64,000 bases of DNA from Octopus bimaculoides (taxonomy: Eukaryota): contig NC_068981.1 of the NCBI RefSeq assembly GCF_001194135.2, positions 90,601,846-90,665,845 on the forward strand. The letters are read 5' to 3'. Position numbers and translations under genes: made by a program. The notes beneath the pieces are model-generated. The model was not told the DNA's origin. It searched no databases and saw only the letters and a list, made by a program, of their open reading frames with translations. Shown piece after piece: positions 1 to 12,916 of this stretch (position 1 is the first letter of the stretch; each line of letters starts with the position of its first letter).

Positions 1-836
1 AGAAGACCATTTAGTTTTGATGAGGAATTGATAACCTCTCTAGAGCTGGTGCAAAGATAAAATACTCCCAACATACTTTGCAAAGTGATTGCTAATAAAA
101 AGGATATCCAGCCATAGAAATTCCATCAAAAATTGGATGTAAGGTGAAATGTGGTTCTCCAAGCAATAAGAAATCATTTAGCTTATGATATATCCAATCC
201 ACTCAAACCATGAATGCAGATGTAAAAGGATGACAACAATGATGATGATGACGACGATGACGATGAACACTTAAAACAAGTGGTTTTGTATCACCAAACC
301 AGAGAGGGTGTCACACAAGTTGTTATCAACGGGTTATTTTTAAATGCTCCAATATAGTAAGCTGTTTGAAATTTAGTGCAATTTTATCTATAAAACAACA
401 AAAACTGTAATTAGTGGAAGATTTACTTCTTCTATTCACTGCAATGCAACCAGAATTAAATTTCCTATGATGTGTCTTGTCACACATTCATGCCAGAACC
501 CAATCACACAGCCATACCTAAGCTGAACCATACAGCCAAGCCTGAGACCAAACTTGAGGAATATTGGTAACATAATAAACCCCAAATCATCATGAGGAAG
601 AAGGGAAGTAATAAAAATCTTTCCATTTGGAAATTAGGATATCTGAAAGTGATCAGTTTAGGTAAGGCTCCCAGTTAATTTTTGAAAGCATTGTTAAGTC
701 AGAGTTCCAGATCCAGGGGGATGCAGTCTTAAATAATTAAGACAGAAGACAATGTTTAGTGTTTTTTTATGGTTTCAGTGTGCCATCCAGATCAACTTAT
801 GTGTTTGTTTCCCACCTTTGTGGTACATAAGTCTGT

Positions 837-1146
837 GGAGGTGCAATGGCCCAGTGGTTAGGGCAGCAGACTCGTGGTCATAGGATCGCGGTTTCGATTC
901 GCAGACCGGGCGTTGTGAGTGTTTATTGAGCGAAAACACCTAAAGCTCCACAAGGCTCCAGCAGGGGATGGTGGCGAACCCTGCTGTACTCTTTCACCAC
1001 AACTTTCTCTTACTTCCTGTTTCTGTTGTGCCTGTAATTCAATGGGTCAGCCTTGTCACACTGTGTCACGCTGAATATCCTCGAGAACTACATTAAGGGT
1101 ACACGTGTCTGTGGAGTGCTCAGCCATTTGCACGTTAATTTCACGA
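837..1146 (+). mobile_element. tRNA-derived SINE, family A (3' end lost in gap)
   Basis: Head GGAGGTGCAATGGCCCAGTGGTTAGGGCAGC with A-box and B-box-like GGTTTCGATTC; body near-identical to the copies at 18326, 23511 and 43093. Confidence 0.9.
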
Positions 1147-1831
1147 NNNNNNNNNNNNNNNNNNNNNNNNNNNNNNNNNNNNNNNNNNNNNNNNNNNNNN
1201 NNNNNNNNNNNNNNNNNNNNNNNNNNNNNNNNNNNNNNNNNNNNNNNNNNNNNNNNNNNNNNNNNNNNNNNNNNNNNNNNNNNNNNNNNNNNNNNNNNNN
1301 NNNNNNNNNNNNNNNNNNNNNNNNNNNNNNNNNNNNNNNNNNNNNNNNNNNNNNNNNNNNNNNNNNNNNNNNNNNNNNNNNNNNNNNNNNNNNNNNNNNN
1401 NNNNNNNNNNNNNNNNNNNNNNNNNNNNNNNNNNNNNNNNNNNNNNNNNNNNNNNNNNNNNNNNNNNNNNNNNNNNNNNNNNNNNNNNNNNNNNNNNNNN
1501 NNNNNNNNNNNNNNNNNNNNNNNNNNNNNNNNNNNNNNNNNNNNNNNNNNNNNNNNNNNNNNNNNNNNNNNNNNNGAACATTTGTAAGTTAACATCTTGA
1601 TGGAGAAACATGAATATAAGGGACTTTGAGTGAGTATTTGGATGCTGATGATTTGTGATGGCTGACTCGACATTCAACCTGTTTTGGCCACAGTATGTTT
1701 TGGCACTGGAGGCAAACACTCATATGCATACACATACAGAAATATACATAGGTAGATAGAGAAAGCGAGAGAAAGGGTAGGGGTACATTACACATACATA
1801 CAAACATAACTAGAATCTCACACACATAAAC

Positions 1832-1962
1832 AGAGAGAGAAGGAGAGGGAGAGAGAAGAGGAGAGGGAGAGAGAAGAGGAGAGGGAGAGAGAAGAGGAGA
1901 GGGAGAGAGAAGAGGAGAGGGAGAGAGAAGAGGAGAGGGAGAGAGAAGAGGAGAGGGAGAGA
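1832..1962. repeat. 18-bp GA-rich minisatellite (GAGAGAGAAGAGGAGAGG)n
   Basis: Tandem units visible directly; they produce the LPLLFS repeat in ORF 1810-2010. Confidence 0.9.
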
Positions 1963-2059
1963 GGAAAATGAAAGAAAGATTAAAATGTCTAACATGAAAT
2001 AAGTCAGCATGAAATCAGGGATACCAAATTGGTGGCACTAAAATGGTTGCATCAAAATA

Positions 2060-2480
2060 TTTTGTACCTGATTTATTGGACATGAAGGAATGGGAATAGT
2101 AGCTAGTATTAAGCTTATGGGGATTGAAGGGAATGATATGAGTGATGATGGAATCAGTAGAGACAGATGTGTTGGGGAGTAGTCAAGGTGGAGGTGTTGT
2201 GTTGCTAACAAGATCTGAGAAGCAGAGACTGTTGCAGTATTTGTGAATAGGCCATGCAGAAGACAGTGAAGTCCTTTACTGGAGATTTAAATGTGTTAGA
2301 GAGTGTGAGGTCAAGTGAGGTGAGGAGAGCAAGATCAGAAGACAGAGTGGTTGATACAATAATAGGTTTAGGTTAGAGCTGTTGTATGGTCAGAAAGTCG
2401 AGCGAGTTCAGATGGGCAGAGATTGTACTGACAATAGAAGAGAAAGAAAGAGTTGTGGAAGGGGTAAGATGCAGTTTGAC
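2060..2480 (-). mobile_element. Degenerate CR1/L2-like LINE ORF2 C-terminal fragment
   Basis: Minus translation PKPIIVSTTLSSDLALLTSLDLT..., with stops, resembles the post-RT C-terminus of CR1-group LINEs. Confidence 0.45.
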
Positions 2481-2726
2481 AGTGGACAAATAATTGGTTG
2501 GAAAGTATTGGTGCAGGTGAGTTGCTTAACCCCCCAACTCAACCGTAACTGAGTAGACAAACCTATGATAAAAGACAGTCCAGATATGAAGAAGCTTGCT
2601 TCCCAGTCACATGGTTCTGAGTTCAGTCCCACTTTGTGGCTCCTTAGGCAAATGTCTTCTTCTATAGCCCCGAGTTGACCAAAGTTTTGTGAGTGGATTT
2701 GGTAAACAAAAACTGAAAGAAGCCTG

Positions 2727-2819
<93 letters not shown>

Positions 2820-2829
2820 ATGATTGACT

Positions 2830-3330
2830 TCCTGGCTTCCAAAACTTGAATGGAACCAAACGGTCAACACGGAACTCTATGTCCAACAGATGGAACGATT
2901 CAACATGGCTATTCAAGAGAAAAGACCTAATCAGCAGCATGGCATTCATCTGCTGTATGACAAGACCCGCCCTCATATTGCCAAAGAAGCCATTCATAAA
3001 CATGGCTGGGAAGTGCTGCCACACCTGCCGTACTCTCCTGATTTGGCACCAATGGATTTCCACCTCTTTTGATCTCTTTCAAATGCTATACGCGGAGTTT
3101 TGTTTTATACTGATGCAGAATTGAGACCTTGGTTGGATCAATTTTTCGAGTCGAAATCAGGTGATTTCTACCAACAAGGTATTGGAAAACCTTGTTGAAC
3201 GTTGGAAAGAAGTTATAAACAACAAGGGTGAATACTTTATTGATTAATTAGTTGTTATTTTTTATTAAACCTTTTAAAAAATTTTTAAAAAAACAAAAAA
3301 AAACGGCGGGAACTTAGTTGCCAACCCAAT
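2830..3330 (+). mobile_element. mariner transposon, 3' fragment with right TIR
   Basis: Translation HDKTRPHIAK...WEVLPHLPYSPDLAPMDFHLF has the YSPDL motif; C-terminus LVERWKEVINNKGEYFID*; terminus ...GGAACTTAGTTGCCAACCCAA followed by TA. Confidence 0.9.
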
Positions 3331-3729
3331 ATAATGATTTCTTAAACATTGAATAACTGTGAGGGTCCACTCAAGTAAAAGAGGAATGAAAGAGGTCCAT
3401 AGACAAAAATATGGCTGAGAACTGCTGATATAAAGGCTCCACTGTGTACTGTGCAGGTTAGTGAGTACAGATTTTAGTAAAGAGATCATCATTAAATTGC
3501 AGTTGAAAATGTGTGTGTGTGTGTGTGTGTGTGAGTGAGTGTGTGTGTGTGCGTGTGAGAGTATGTGTGTGTGTGTGTTGTGTATGTGGTGTGAAGTTAG
3601 TGTACAGATTTAGCTGCTATTTCTTGAAGGTCTTGCAACCATGTAGAGGTTCCATTGCGTATAGTACAAGTTAGTGAGTTCAGGTTTACTAATTAGATCA
3701 GCTCTAAGTTGCAGTTTAAAATATGTGTG

Positions 3730-3773
<44 letters not shown>

Positions 3774-4129
3774 TGTGTGGAGTGATGTAATGTAAGGGTA
3801 CCGTTCCAACAGTGTGGTTACTGAAAATAAACAAGTGCATGAACTCACTTTGACCTCTTAACTGTAAATGTTAATTCTATATTAAAACCACAACAGTGGT
3901 TGATACTTAGTCTGTAATTTATTTTTATGGTAATAACAGCTTCATGTTAAAAATGGTTATTTAAAGGGTCAAGGCAATATTGAGTTAAACTTGACTGTCT
4001 CTTTCTTCCTTTTCTTTGCTTTTGGTTTGAGGCTTCTAACACACACACACGCACATGCACACATGCACACACATGTATGTATATATGTATGTATGTATAT
4101 GTGCGTGTGTGTATGTATATCTTTTTAAC

Positions 4130-4345
4130 TCCTTTACTCTTTTATTTGTTTTAGTCATTTGACTGTGGCCATGCTAGAGCACCGCCCTTTAGTCAAGCAA
4201 ATCGACCCCAGGACTTATTCTTTGAAAGCCTAGTACTTATTCTATCAGTGTCTTTTGCCGAACCTCTATGTTACGGGGACGTAAACACACCAACATCAGA
4301 TGTCAAGTGATGTTAGGGGGACAAACACAGACATACAAACATATA
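4130..4345 (-). mobile_element. SINE family B, 3' half
   Basis: Reverse complement of the ...GAATAAGTCCTGGGGTCGAT...CATGGCCACAGTCAAATGACT tail shared by many copies in the window. Confidence 0.85.
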
Positions 4346-4889
4346 CACATACATGCATACATACATACATACATACATACATACATANNNNNNNNNNNNN
4401 NNNNNNNNNNNNNNNNNNNNNNNNNNNNNNNNNNNNNNNNNNNNNNNNNNNNNNNNNNNNNNNNNNNNNNNNNNNNNNNNNNNNNNNNNNNNNNNNNNNN
4501 NNNNNNNNNNNNNNNNNNNNNNNNNNNNNNNNNNNNNNNNNNNNNNNNNNNNNNNNNNNNNNNNNNNNNNNNNNNNNNNNNNNNNNNNNNNNNNNNNNNN
4601 NNNNNNNNNNNNNNNNNNNNNNNNNNNNNNNCATTACTGCTATCTGTTGGAGTCTCAGCTTTTTAGCTGCTATTTCTGAACTTCGGTATGTGGTGAAGCA
4701 ACTATTTGCTGATCCCTTAATTATATTTATAAATGTATAAGAACTTTTAAATAAGTTCTCCACCGATAATGGTGTTTACATACCGAAGGACTTGGTAAAA
4801 TTATTAATTGTTAATCTATTAATAAATTAATAAATTGATAAACCTTTACCCTTTTAATTGTAATATATATATATATATATACACATATA

Positions 4890-5055
4890 CAATGGGCTTC
4901 TTTCAGTTTCTGTCTACCAGATCCACTCACAAGGCTTTAGTTGGCCTGAGGCTATTGTAGAGGACACTTGCCCAAGGTGCCACATAGTGTGACTGAACCC
5001 AGAACCATGTGGTTGGTAAGCAAGCTACTTACTACACAGCCAGTCCTGCTCCTAT
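4890..5055 (-). mobile_element. SINE family B, 5' (tRNA-like) half
   Basis: Reverse complement of AGGAGTGGC...TGTGTAGTAAGTAGCTTGCTTACCAACCACATGGTTCTGGGTTCAGTC...GAAACTGAAAGAAGCCC. Confidence 0.85.
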
Positions 5056-5084
5056 AGCCACTCCTGCGCATATTTTTATATATC

Positions 5085-5290
5085 ATCATCATCATCATCG
5101 TTTAACGTCCACTTCCCATGCTGGCATGGGTTGGACGGTTTGACTGAGGACTATCAAGCCAGAAGGCTGCACCAAGCTCCAATCTGATCTGGCAATGTTC
5201 CTACAGCTGGATACCCTTCCTAACGCCAACCACTCCGAGAGTGTAGTAGGTGCTTTTTATATACCACTGGCATGAGAGCCAGTCAGGCAG
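5085..5290 (-). mobile_element. RTE-LINE 3' UTR fragment with (GAT)n tail (family D)
   Basis: CATCATCATCGTTTAACGTCC...GGATACCCTTCCTAACGCCAACCACT; the same block recurs at 8700, 11310 and 19625. Confidence 0.75.
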
Positions 5291-5589
5291 TCCCACATCA
5301 TACCACCCTACCCACACCACACACCATCATCTGCACACCCACACACCATCATCTGCATACCCACACTCCATCATCCACACGCCCACACATTACGGACACA
5401 CACACACATCCACACATCAAAGTCACTTGCCCCTATCCACACACACACACTTACACACTCTCACATACACACACGCATGTATACCTTCATTTTGGGATCA
5501 CCAGTACTTTATTTTCTCCCTTCCTTCCTAGCTATCCTGTCCAACAACCAGTCGCCATGATTAACCGCTAAATCCACAAGTTTTTTTAT

Positions 5590-5748
5590 TCTCTCTCTGT
5601 TTTTTTCTTCATGTTCCTTTCTGTTGAAGAGCATAGGTTCGAAACATAAAAGACTTTCTCACCTTCCCGAGCGTCAAACTGATACACCTTCTTGTTGTTT
5701 ATACACCTGTCTTCGCCTTTTGTTTTTCTGTAAATTTCAACTATGAAT

Positions 5749-5750
<2 letters not shown>
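5590..5750 (+). repeat. Penelope-type terminal repeat with degenerate minimal hammerhead motif
   Basis: CTTT-CTGTTGA-AGAGCATAGGTTC-GAAAC-ATA-AAAG at 5617-5652; related repeat at 35000-35170. Confidence 0.55.
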
Positions 5751-5781
<31 letters not shown>

Positions 5782-6704
5782 AAGTTAGTAAGATCCAAAA
5801 GCCCTAGTGTATGAAGTTAAACTTCAAGCATGTATACAGCTAGTATAGATGACAAAAGATGGACAGTGTATGATAAAAGAAGTTTATTAACCATCATAAG
5901 TTACACACTTTGTCCTATATAGAAATCAAAGGAATTTTCAATAAGCTGCCAATTAGTATACAACTTTGCCATTTTCTAGATTCTAAGATATATATTTTGG
6001 GATAGTCTATATTCTTTCTTCACTCATTTATTATTGCTCTTATTTTAACTGATGTCTATTGTCTTCTGTCACACATCTGTGACCTCTTCAGTGACACTTT
6101 CCATCTTCATGTATGCCCCTGCTTCACTTAATCCATTCACCAGACAATGGACATCAGTTAAAAAAAGAACAGTAATAAACGAGTGAAGAATGAATATATG
6201 GTGTGTGTGTTTATTCAGCAAAAAGAAAGAAAACGAAAGACCGTCCCGAAATATAGCAATATCTGTTTCAACACACGATTTCACATCAGGAATCTTGCAA
6301 TACAAATTCACACACACAAACGCATGCATGCATGCACGCACGCACGCATGCATGCACGCAAGCACACATGCACACACGCGCACACACACACGCATTATCA
6401 AATACGCATACTCAATACATGTACGGTTTGCCTATTCGCCACTAGGCTGAAATTTGGCGTGAGCCCATCAGCAAACAAGCAAGGCACATATATTGAGCAT
6501 GTGTGTTCAATAATGTTTACAACACAAGCACAGCTTCTAATTTATATTTGAATACATGTATACATATACACACACTCATGCCAAATCAGACTGGATTGTA
6601 GTGTAACTTCTCAGCTTGCCAGCTCTGGTCAAACCATCCAACCATGGACAATGGACATTAAATGTTGATAATGATAATGATATACATATATTCTTTTATT
6701 CTTT

Positions 6705-7085
6705 TATTTATTTCAGTCATTTGACTGCAGCCATTCTGGAACAGCGCCTTCAGTTGAACAAGTCGACTCCAGCACTTATTCTTTGTAAGTCTAGTACTTA
6801 TCCTATTGGTCGCTTTTGCTGAACAGCTAAGTTACAGGGACGTAAACACACCAACATCGATTGTCAAGTGATGGTGGGGTACAAACAAAACACACACACA
6901 CACATATATATATACATATACATATATTCGACAGGCTTCTTTCAGTTTCTGTCTACCAAATCCACTCACAAGGCTTTGGTTGGCCCGGTGTTATAGTAGA
7001 AGACACTTGCCCAAGATGCCATGCAGTGGGACTGAACCCAGAACCATGTGGTTGGTAAGCAAGGTACTTACCACACAGCTACTCA
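6705..7085 (-). mobile_element. SINE family B, full length with internal microsatellite
   Basis: Both halves present, joined by a (TG)/(TA) tract. Confidence 0.9.
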
Positions 7086-7091
7086 TATATA

Positions 7092-7127
<36 letters not shown>

Positions 7128-7747
7128 TGTATGTTTGTTTGTTTTTACTATTTTCAGTATATGGAATTTTACACACACACACTCATGCATAGACATTCAC
7201 TCAAAAAACATTTACCCATCCACATATATATATATATACACACATGCATACGCACACACATGCATACATACATACATACATACATACATACATACATACA
7301 TGCATGCATGCATGCATAAACAATGCATAGTATATCCACATTCACATTCAGTTGGTAAATCAAATTTTGGGAGTGTTAATAAGATAATATGCAATATCTC
7401 TTGTTTGATTCTTTGCAAATTTGTGTTTATCCATGTGAATAAAGTCACAGAAAATCACTCATGCACACACCCACGCAAACACTCATCTCACTTACCCCAC
7501 CACACACCGCATACACAATACACACATATATACTTTAAAGTTAACAATATGATAATAGTAAGGTTAATACTAACTTTCAATGCGAGGGTCTGTATGATTT
7601 GAGTCATTCCCTTAAAAATAGCAGTCAAAATCTCTCTTAAATTACTCTCCACCATTTTTCAAGGGAGAATGAGACACATTGGATAATGTGGTCCGAGATA
7701 CACAATCCTTGCGTTAGAGATGAGAATGGAGGGGTCAGAAAACCTTT

Positions 7748-7808
7748 GATCAGAGATCTCATAAGATCAGATCTCATAAGATCAGATCTCATGAGATCAG
7801 ATCTCATA
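7748..7808. repeat. 15-bp tandem repeat (AGATCTCATAAGATC)n, about 4 units
   Basis: Directly visible; gives the RSDLM repeat in ORF 7637-7834. Confidence 0.9.
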
Positions 7809-7935
7809 TAATATAACACAATCAGGACATGCAAACAGTGTTATTAGTTCTGTTGTTAGCACTGTTCTTGTTGTTACTACTACAGCTAATCAGCTAATAA
7901 ACAGCTAGTAACTTCAACCAAATAGGTTGAGTGCT

Positions 7936-7974
<39 letters not shown>

Positions 7975-8049
7975 CATACACATAAATGTATTATAATAAT
8001 AAAGGATGAAATTGTTAAAAATTTTATCAGAGGCCAGCATATTTCTGTA

Positions 8050-8680
8050 CCGCAGGAGTGGCTGTGTGGTAAGTAGCTTGCTTACCAACCACATGGTTCT
8101 GGGTTCAGTCCCACTGCATGGCATCTTGGGCAAGTGTCTTCTACTATAACACCGGGCCAACCAAAGCCTTGTGAGTGGATTTGGTAGACAGAAACTGAAA
8201 GAAGCCTGTCGAATATATGTATATGTATATATATATGTGTGTGTGTGTGNNNNNNNNNNNNNNNNNNNNNNNNNNNNNNNNNNNNNNNNNNNNNNNNNNN
8301 NNNNNNNNNNNNNNNNNNNNNNNNNNNNNNNNNNNNNNNNNNNNNNNNNNNNNNNNNNNNNNNNNNNNNNNNNNNNNNNNNNNNNNNNNNNNNNNNNNNN
8401 NNNNNNNNNNNNNNNNNNNNNNNNNNNNNNNNNNNNNNNNNNNNNNNNNNNNNNNNNNNNNNNNNNNNNNNNNNNNNNNNNNNNNNNNNNNNNNNNNNNN
8501 NNNNNNNNNNNNNNNNNNNNNNNNNNNNNNNNNNNNNNNNNNNNNNNNNNNNNNNNNNNNNNNNNNNNNNNNNNNNNNNNNNNNNNNNTAGGCTTACAAA
8601 GAATAAGTCCTGGGGTCGATTTGCTCTACTAAAGGTGGTGCTCCAGTATGGCCACAGTCAAATGACTGAAACAAGTAAAA
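8050..8680 (+). mobile_element. SINE family B, full length, interrupted by an N gap at its microsatellite
   Basis: Head GCAGGAGTGGCTGTGTGGTAAGTAGC; tail ...CAGTCAAATGACTGAAACAAGTAAAAGAG. Confidence 0.9.
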
Positions 8681-8699
8681 GAGTATACATACATACATA

Positions 8700-8880
8700 C
8701 ATACATCATCATCATCGTTTAATGTCCGCTTTCCATGCTAGCATGGGTTGGACAATTTGACTGAGGACTGGTGAAACCGGATGGCAACACCAGGCTCCAA
8801 TCTAATTTGGCAGAGTTTCTACAGCTGGATGCCCTTCCTAACGCCAACCACTCAGAGAGTGTAGTGGGTGCTTTTACGTG
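8700..8880 (-). mobile_element. RTE 3' UTR fragment (family D)
   Basis: Same sequence as 5085-5290, with a (CAT)n tail on the plus strand. Confidence 0.75.
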
Positions 8881-9359
8881 TCAAAGATTATTTGCCAACA
8901 TAATGTGGTAGTCCTGGTTAGGACGAATGTTATTGTTATTTAGCCCCAGGAAACATTGTCTCCAGCTGGTTATACGACCCATTATCTGTGTCCTTATATA
9001 TATGCATGGTACCTTGGGCAAGTGTTTTCTATTATGACTTTGGGCCAACCAAACCTTGGAAGAGGATTTGGCAGACATAAACTGAAAAAAAGCCCATATC
9101 TATGTGTGTGTGTGTGTCTCTGTATCTGTCTTTGTCACTTACCACCACTTGACAACCGGTGATGGTGCGTTTATGTTCCCATGACTTAACAGTTCAGCAA
9201 AAGAAACCAATGGAATAAGTACTAGGCTTCAAAAAATTAATTCCTAAGGTTGATTTGTTTGACTAAAACCTTTCAAGACCGTGCCACTGCATGGCTGCAG
9301 TCAAATGACTGAAACAAGTAAGAGATAAAAAATAAAAGCTATATAATAGATATATACAT

Positions 9360-9399
<40 letters not shown>

Positions 9400-9788
9400 N
9401 NNNNNNNNNGTATATATATATATATATTTACTGGTTGTTGTTGACTTACGACTGATCGACTCTATGATAATTGGTACACCAGCTCCTGGCAGCAATAATA
9501 AATTGTCCAGTTGAAATCTAATGTGTTTAATTTCTTAGAAATTAACCCCTCTACAGATGATGTCAGCTAACAAATGCTTCCTCTAGATTTGGTTATCAAT
9601 TGCCACTGTGTTTGATGACTATTCTGTCACGGAGACACCGAGGCAGTTTTATATTTTATAAGTCGACTGCTTGAGACTCCGAAATTTTTGACTAATGCCA
9701 ATATAATAGTATAATACAGAATGTTGTGTCATCAACCTGTATGCATATATATATATGTATGTATATATATATATATATATATATATAG

Positions 9789-9843
9789 ATAAAACTTACT
9801 TGGAAGAAGATGAGTGATGTTCAATCATATAATAATATAAATA

Positions 9844-9876
<33 letters not shown>

Positions 9877-10598
9877 AGCAATGCTAAATCTCTGAACGAG
9901 GTGTTAACAGTAACTGCACGATAAAGTGAAGTATATTTGCCATTTAAATGTGGCTGACCCCTAAGGGTGGATGTTACTGTTGCTTTTAGCCCCAGGAGAA
10001 CATCTCCTCCAGCTGGCTTATCGCATGCGTAGACACATACAATAGGAATACATAATACAAAATGGCTGATAGTTAGCAAGGTGAGACACACATAAGAAAG
10101 AAGGAAACAAAGGACCACTGATGAGGTCACANNNNNNNNNNNNNNNNNNNNNNNNNNNNNNNNNNNNNNNNNNNNNNNNNNNNNNNNNNNNNNNNNNNNN
10201 NNNNNNNNNNNNNNNNNNNNNNNNNNNNNNNNNNNNNNNNNNNNNNNNNNNNNNNNNNNNNNNNNNNNNNNNNNNNNNNNNNNNNNNNNNNNNNNNNNNN
10301 NNNNNNNNNNNNNNNNNNNNNNNNNNNNNNNNNNNNNNNNNNNNNNNNNNNNNNNNNNNNNNNNNNNNNNNNNNNNNNNNNNNNNNNNNNNNNNNNNNNN
10401 NNNNNNNNNNNNNNNNNNNNNNNNNNNNNNNNNNNNNNNNNNNNNNNNNNNNNNNNNNNNNNNNNNNNNNNNNNNNNNNNNNNNNNNNNNNNNNNNNNNN
10501 NNNNNNNNNNNNNNNNNNNNNNNNNNNNNNNNNNNNNNNNNNNNNNNNNNNNNNNNNNNNNNNNNNNNNNNNNNNNNNNNNNNNNNNNNNNNNNNNNN

Positions 10599-10641
<43 letters not shown>

Positions 10642-11275
10642 TATGTGGGCACAGGATGTCACAAAACGTGTACAACAAAAAAATACAAAGCACAAGTACA
10701 TGGAACATGAGCTGTTCTTTCGAACAATGACAGACACAAATGGAAAACAAAGCAAACAACATAAGTTGTTGGCTGTTTTTCTACTCTCCTATTTCAAGTA
10801 TTTAACAACAATATATGCTTTCGATAAAACACCTGCTCCCGCAAAGCAAATTAAATAAAATTTGGGATTTTGCTGGGGGTCAAAATTGGTAACACAAACA
10901 AGACAGTGAAAACAAGCAGGAAGGGCTGCTAAGCCCAAAACGAAGTTGTGGTGGTGAATGCGTAAACCAGGCTAGGACAGGAGACAAACAAGAACATGTC
11001 TTCCTTGTTCCAGCTACAATGGAGAGAAAGAAAGAACAATGGCCGATGGTCATGTGGGAGCCACATGAGCATGAGATGAGGAGTGAGGGAGAGAGACTGA
11101 CAAAGTAATAGGATAGAATAGTGGGAGAAGAGGAGGTAAAAGAATAAGAGACAGAAAAAGAGAGAAAAACGAAAGTGTAAAAAGATCATATAGAGTGTGT
11201 ATCAGAATTATTAAGATAAAGCTTACTCGGAAGAGGATGCGTGGTGTTCAATCGTATAATAATATAAATAATATA
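9789..11275. mobile_element. Possible Penelope-like remnant bounded by about 60-bp direct repeats
   Basis: ...CTTACT(T/C)GGAAGA(A/G)GATG...GTTCAATC(A/G)TATAATAATATAAATAATA at both ends; CTGATGAGGTCAC (possible hammerhead 5' core) at 10118, cut by a gap. Confidence 0.4.
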
Positions 11276-11309
11276 TATATACATGTATATATATATATAT
11301 ATNNNNNNN

Positions 11310-11600
11310 NNNGGGTTGGACGGTTTAACCAGGGTCTGGGAAGCCAGGAGGCTGCATCAGGCTCCAGTCTGATCTGGCAGTGTTTCTACAGCTGGATGCA
11401 CTTCCTAACGCCAACAACTCCATGAGTGTAGTTGGTGCTTTTTATGTGCCACCGGCACGGGTATCACAACTACAATTTCCATTTGATTTTTATTTTGATG
11501 TTGATGTACTTTACTCAATAAGTCTCCCCAAGCACAGCAGGTCGCCCGACGATCCAAGTTAAGCACAGCAGGTCGTCCCACTTTTCAAGGTACTTTTGAA
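11310..11600 (-). mobile_element. RTE 3' UTR fragment (family D), longer copy
   Basis: The family D block continues into sequence resembling the 3' UTR that follows the RTE ORF at about 22250-22300. Confidence 0.7.
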
Positions 11601-11634
11601 TGGGCTGGGTCTGGTTATGCGAAACTGGTGTAGG

Positions 11635-11667
<33 letters not shown>

Positions 11668-11698
11668 CCTATCTCTATTGCTTTCTCTCTCTCTCCCT

Positions 11699-11730
<32 letters not shown>

Positions 11731-12329
11731 TTCTATCTACCGATATTTCTGTCTGTCTATCTATCTATCTACCTATCTATTTATTTATTTACCTATCTAG
11801 CTATATCTTTCACACACACACACACACACTCTCTTTCCATATTTATATATAAAGCCACCTATGTATCATACATAATGTAGATACGTCATTGATAGGCCAG
11901 TTACTGTGGTATTCATCCTGAGGTAACATCTGTCACAGATGTGCCCTGCTGAGAATCCAATGGATATAGGTGGGAGATAAAAAATCATCCCAAGCAATGA
12001 ATTCTCATCCAGGTGTGTGACTAGTGATGAGTACATGTCATCGAAAAGGCCCAAAATGTCTGAAATGCATCTAGCATTCTTGTTGGCCACTGCTGGAGTG
12101 ATGATTTTGTTTACCTTGCAATGCAAATTCATAAAAGTTATTTTCCCTTTAAAAAAAACAAAAACAAATCAAGTACCTGTGATTCAAAAATATCTTATAG
12201 AAATATAGGGAGAATTTCTATCTTTCAAGTCCATGTCACTCCAAAGGTTGTATAAATGATTAAAGGAGGAAAAAAGATAGTAAGAAAAAAGGACAAATGG
12301 TGGTAGCATCAATGACTCTTTAAAGTCTT

Positions 12330-12548
12330 TTTACTCTTTTACTCTTTTACTTGTTTCAGTCATTTGACTGTGGCCATGCTGGAGCACCACCTTTAGTCGA
12401 GCAAGTTGACCCCAGGACTTATTCTTTGTAAGCCTAGTACTTATTCTATCAATCTCTTTTGCCGAACCACTAAGTTACGGGGACGTAAACACATCAACAT
12501 CGGTTGTCAAGCGATGTTGGGGGGACAAACACAGACATACAAACACAC

Positions 12549-12582
<34 letters not shown>

Positions 12583-12765
12583 ACATATACATATATATAC
12601 ATATATACGACGGGCTTCTTTCAGTTTCCATCTACCAAATCCACTCACAAGGCTTTGGTCGACCCGAGGCTATAGTAGAAGACACTTGCCCAAGGTGCCA
12701 CGAAGTGGGACTGAACCCGGAACTATGTGGTTGGAAAGCAAGCTACTTACCACACAGCCACTCCT
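12330..12765 (-). mobile_element. SINE family B, full length
   Basis: Both halves plus the internal (TA/TG) microsatellite. Confidence 0.9.
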
Positions 12766-12881
12766 GCTGTTGACATTTTGAACTTGATTTTTTTTTCCTT
12801 AAAGGAGAAAATGACTATTTTATCTTAATCAAATTTCAGGAAAACTGACAAACTTTGAGTTTTAGTATAATATAGATATGT

Positions 12882-12912
<31 letters not shown>

Positions 12913-12916
12913 TATA

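Noticed and set aside
837-910. tRNA genes at SINE heads
   Set aside because: They are tRNA-derived SINE promoters continuous with repeat bodies, with no complete cloverleaf.
1053-1719. Long ORFs spanning N runs (also 4268-4763, 8171-8760, 9825-10858, 37274-37966, 50077-50583, 57046-57998, 59916-60436)
   Set aside because: They are open only because N codons give no stops.
2408-2870. ORFs with YIYI, VCVC, HTHT or MYVC runs throughout the window
   Set aside because: Translations of microsatellites, not proteins.
7748-7808. CRISPR-like or regularly spaced repeat arrays
   Set aside because: Only head-to-tail tandem repeats without unique spacers; eukaryotic context, no cas genes.
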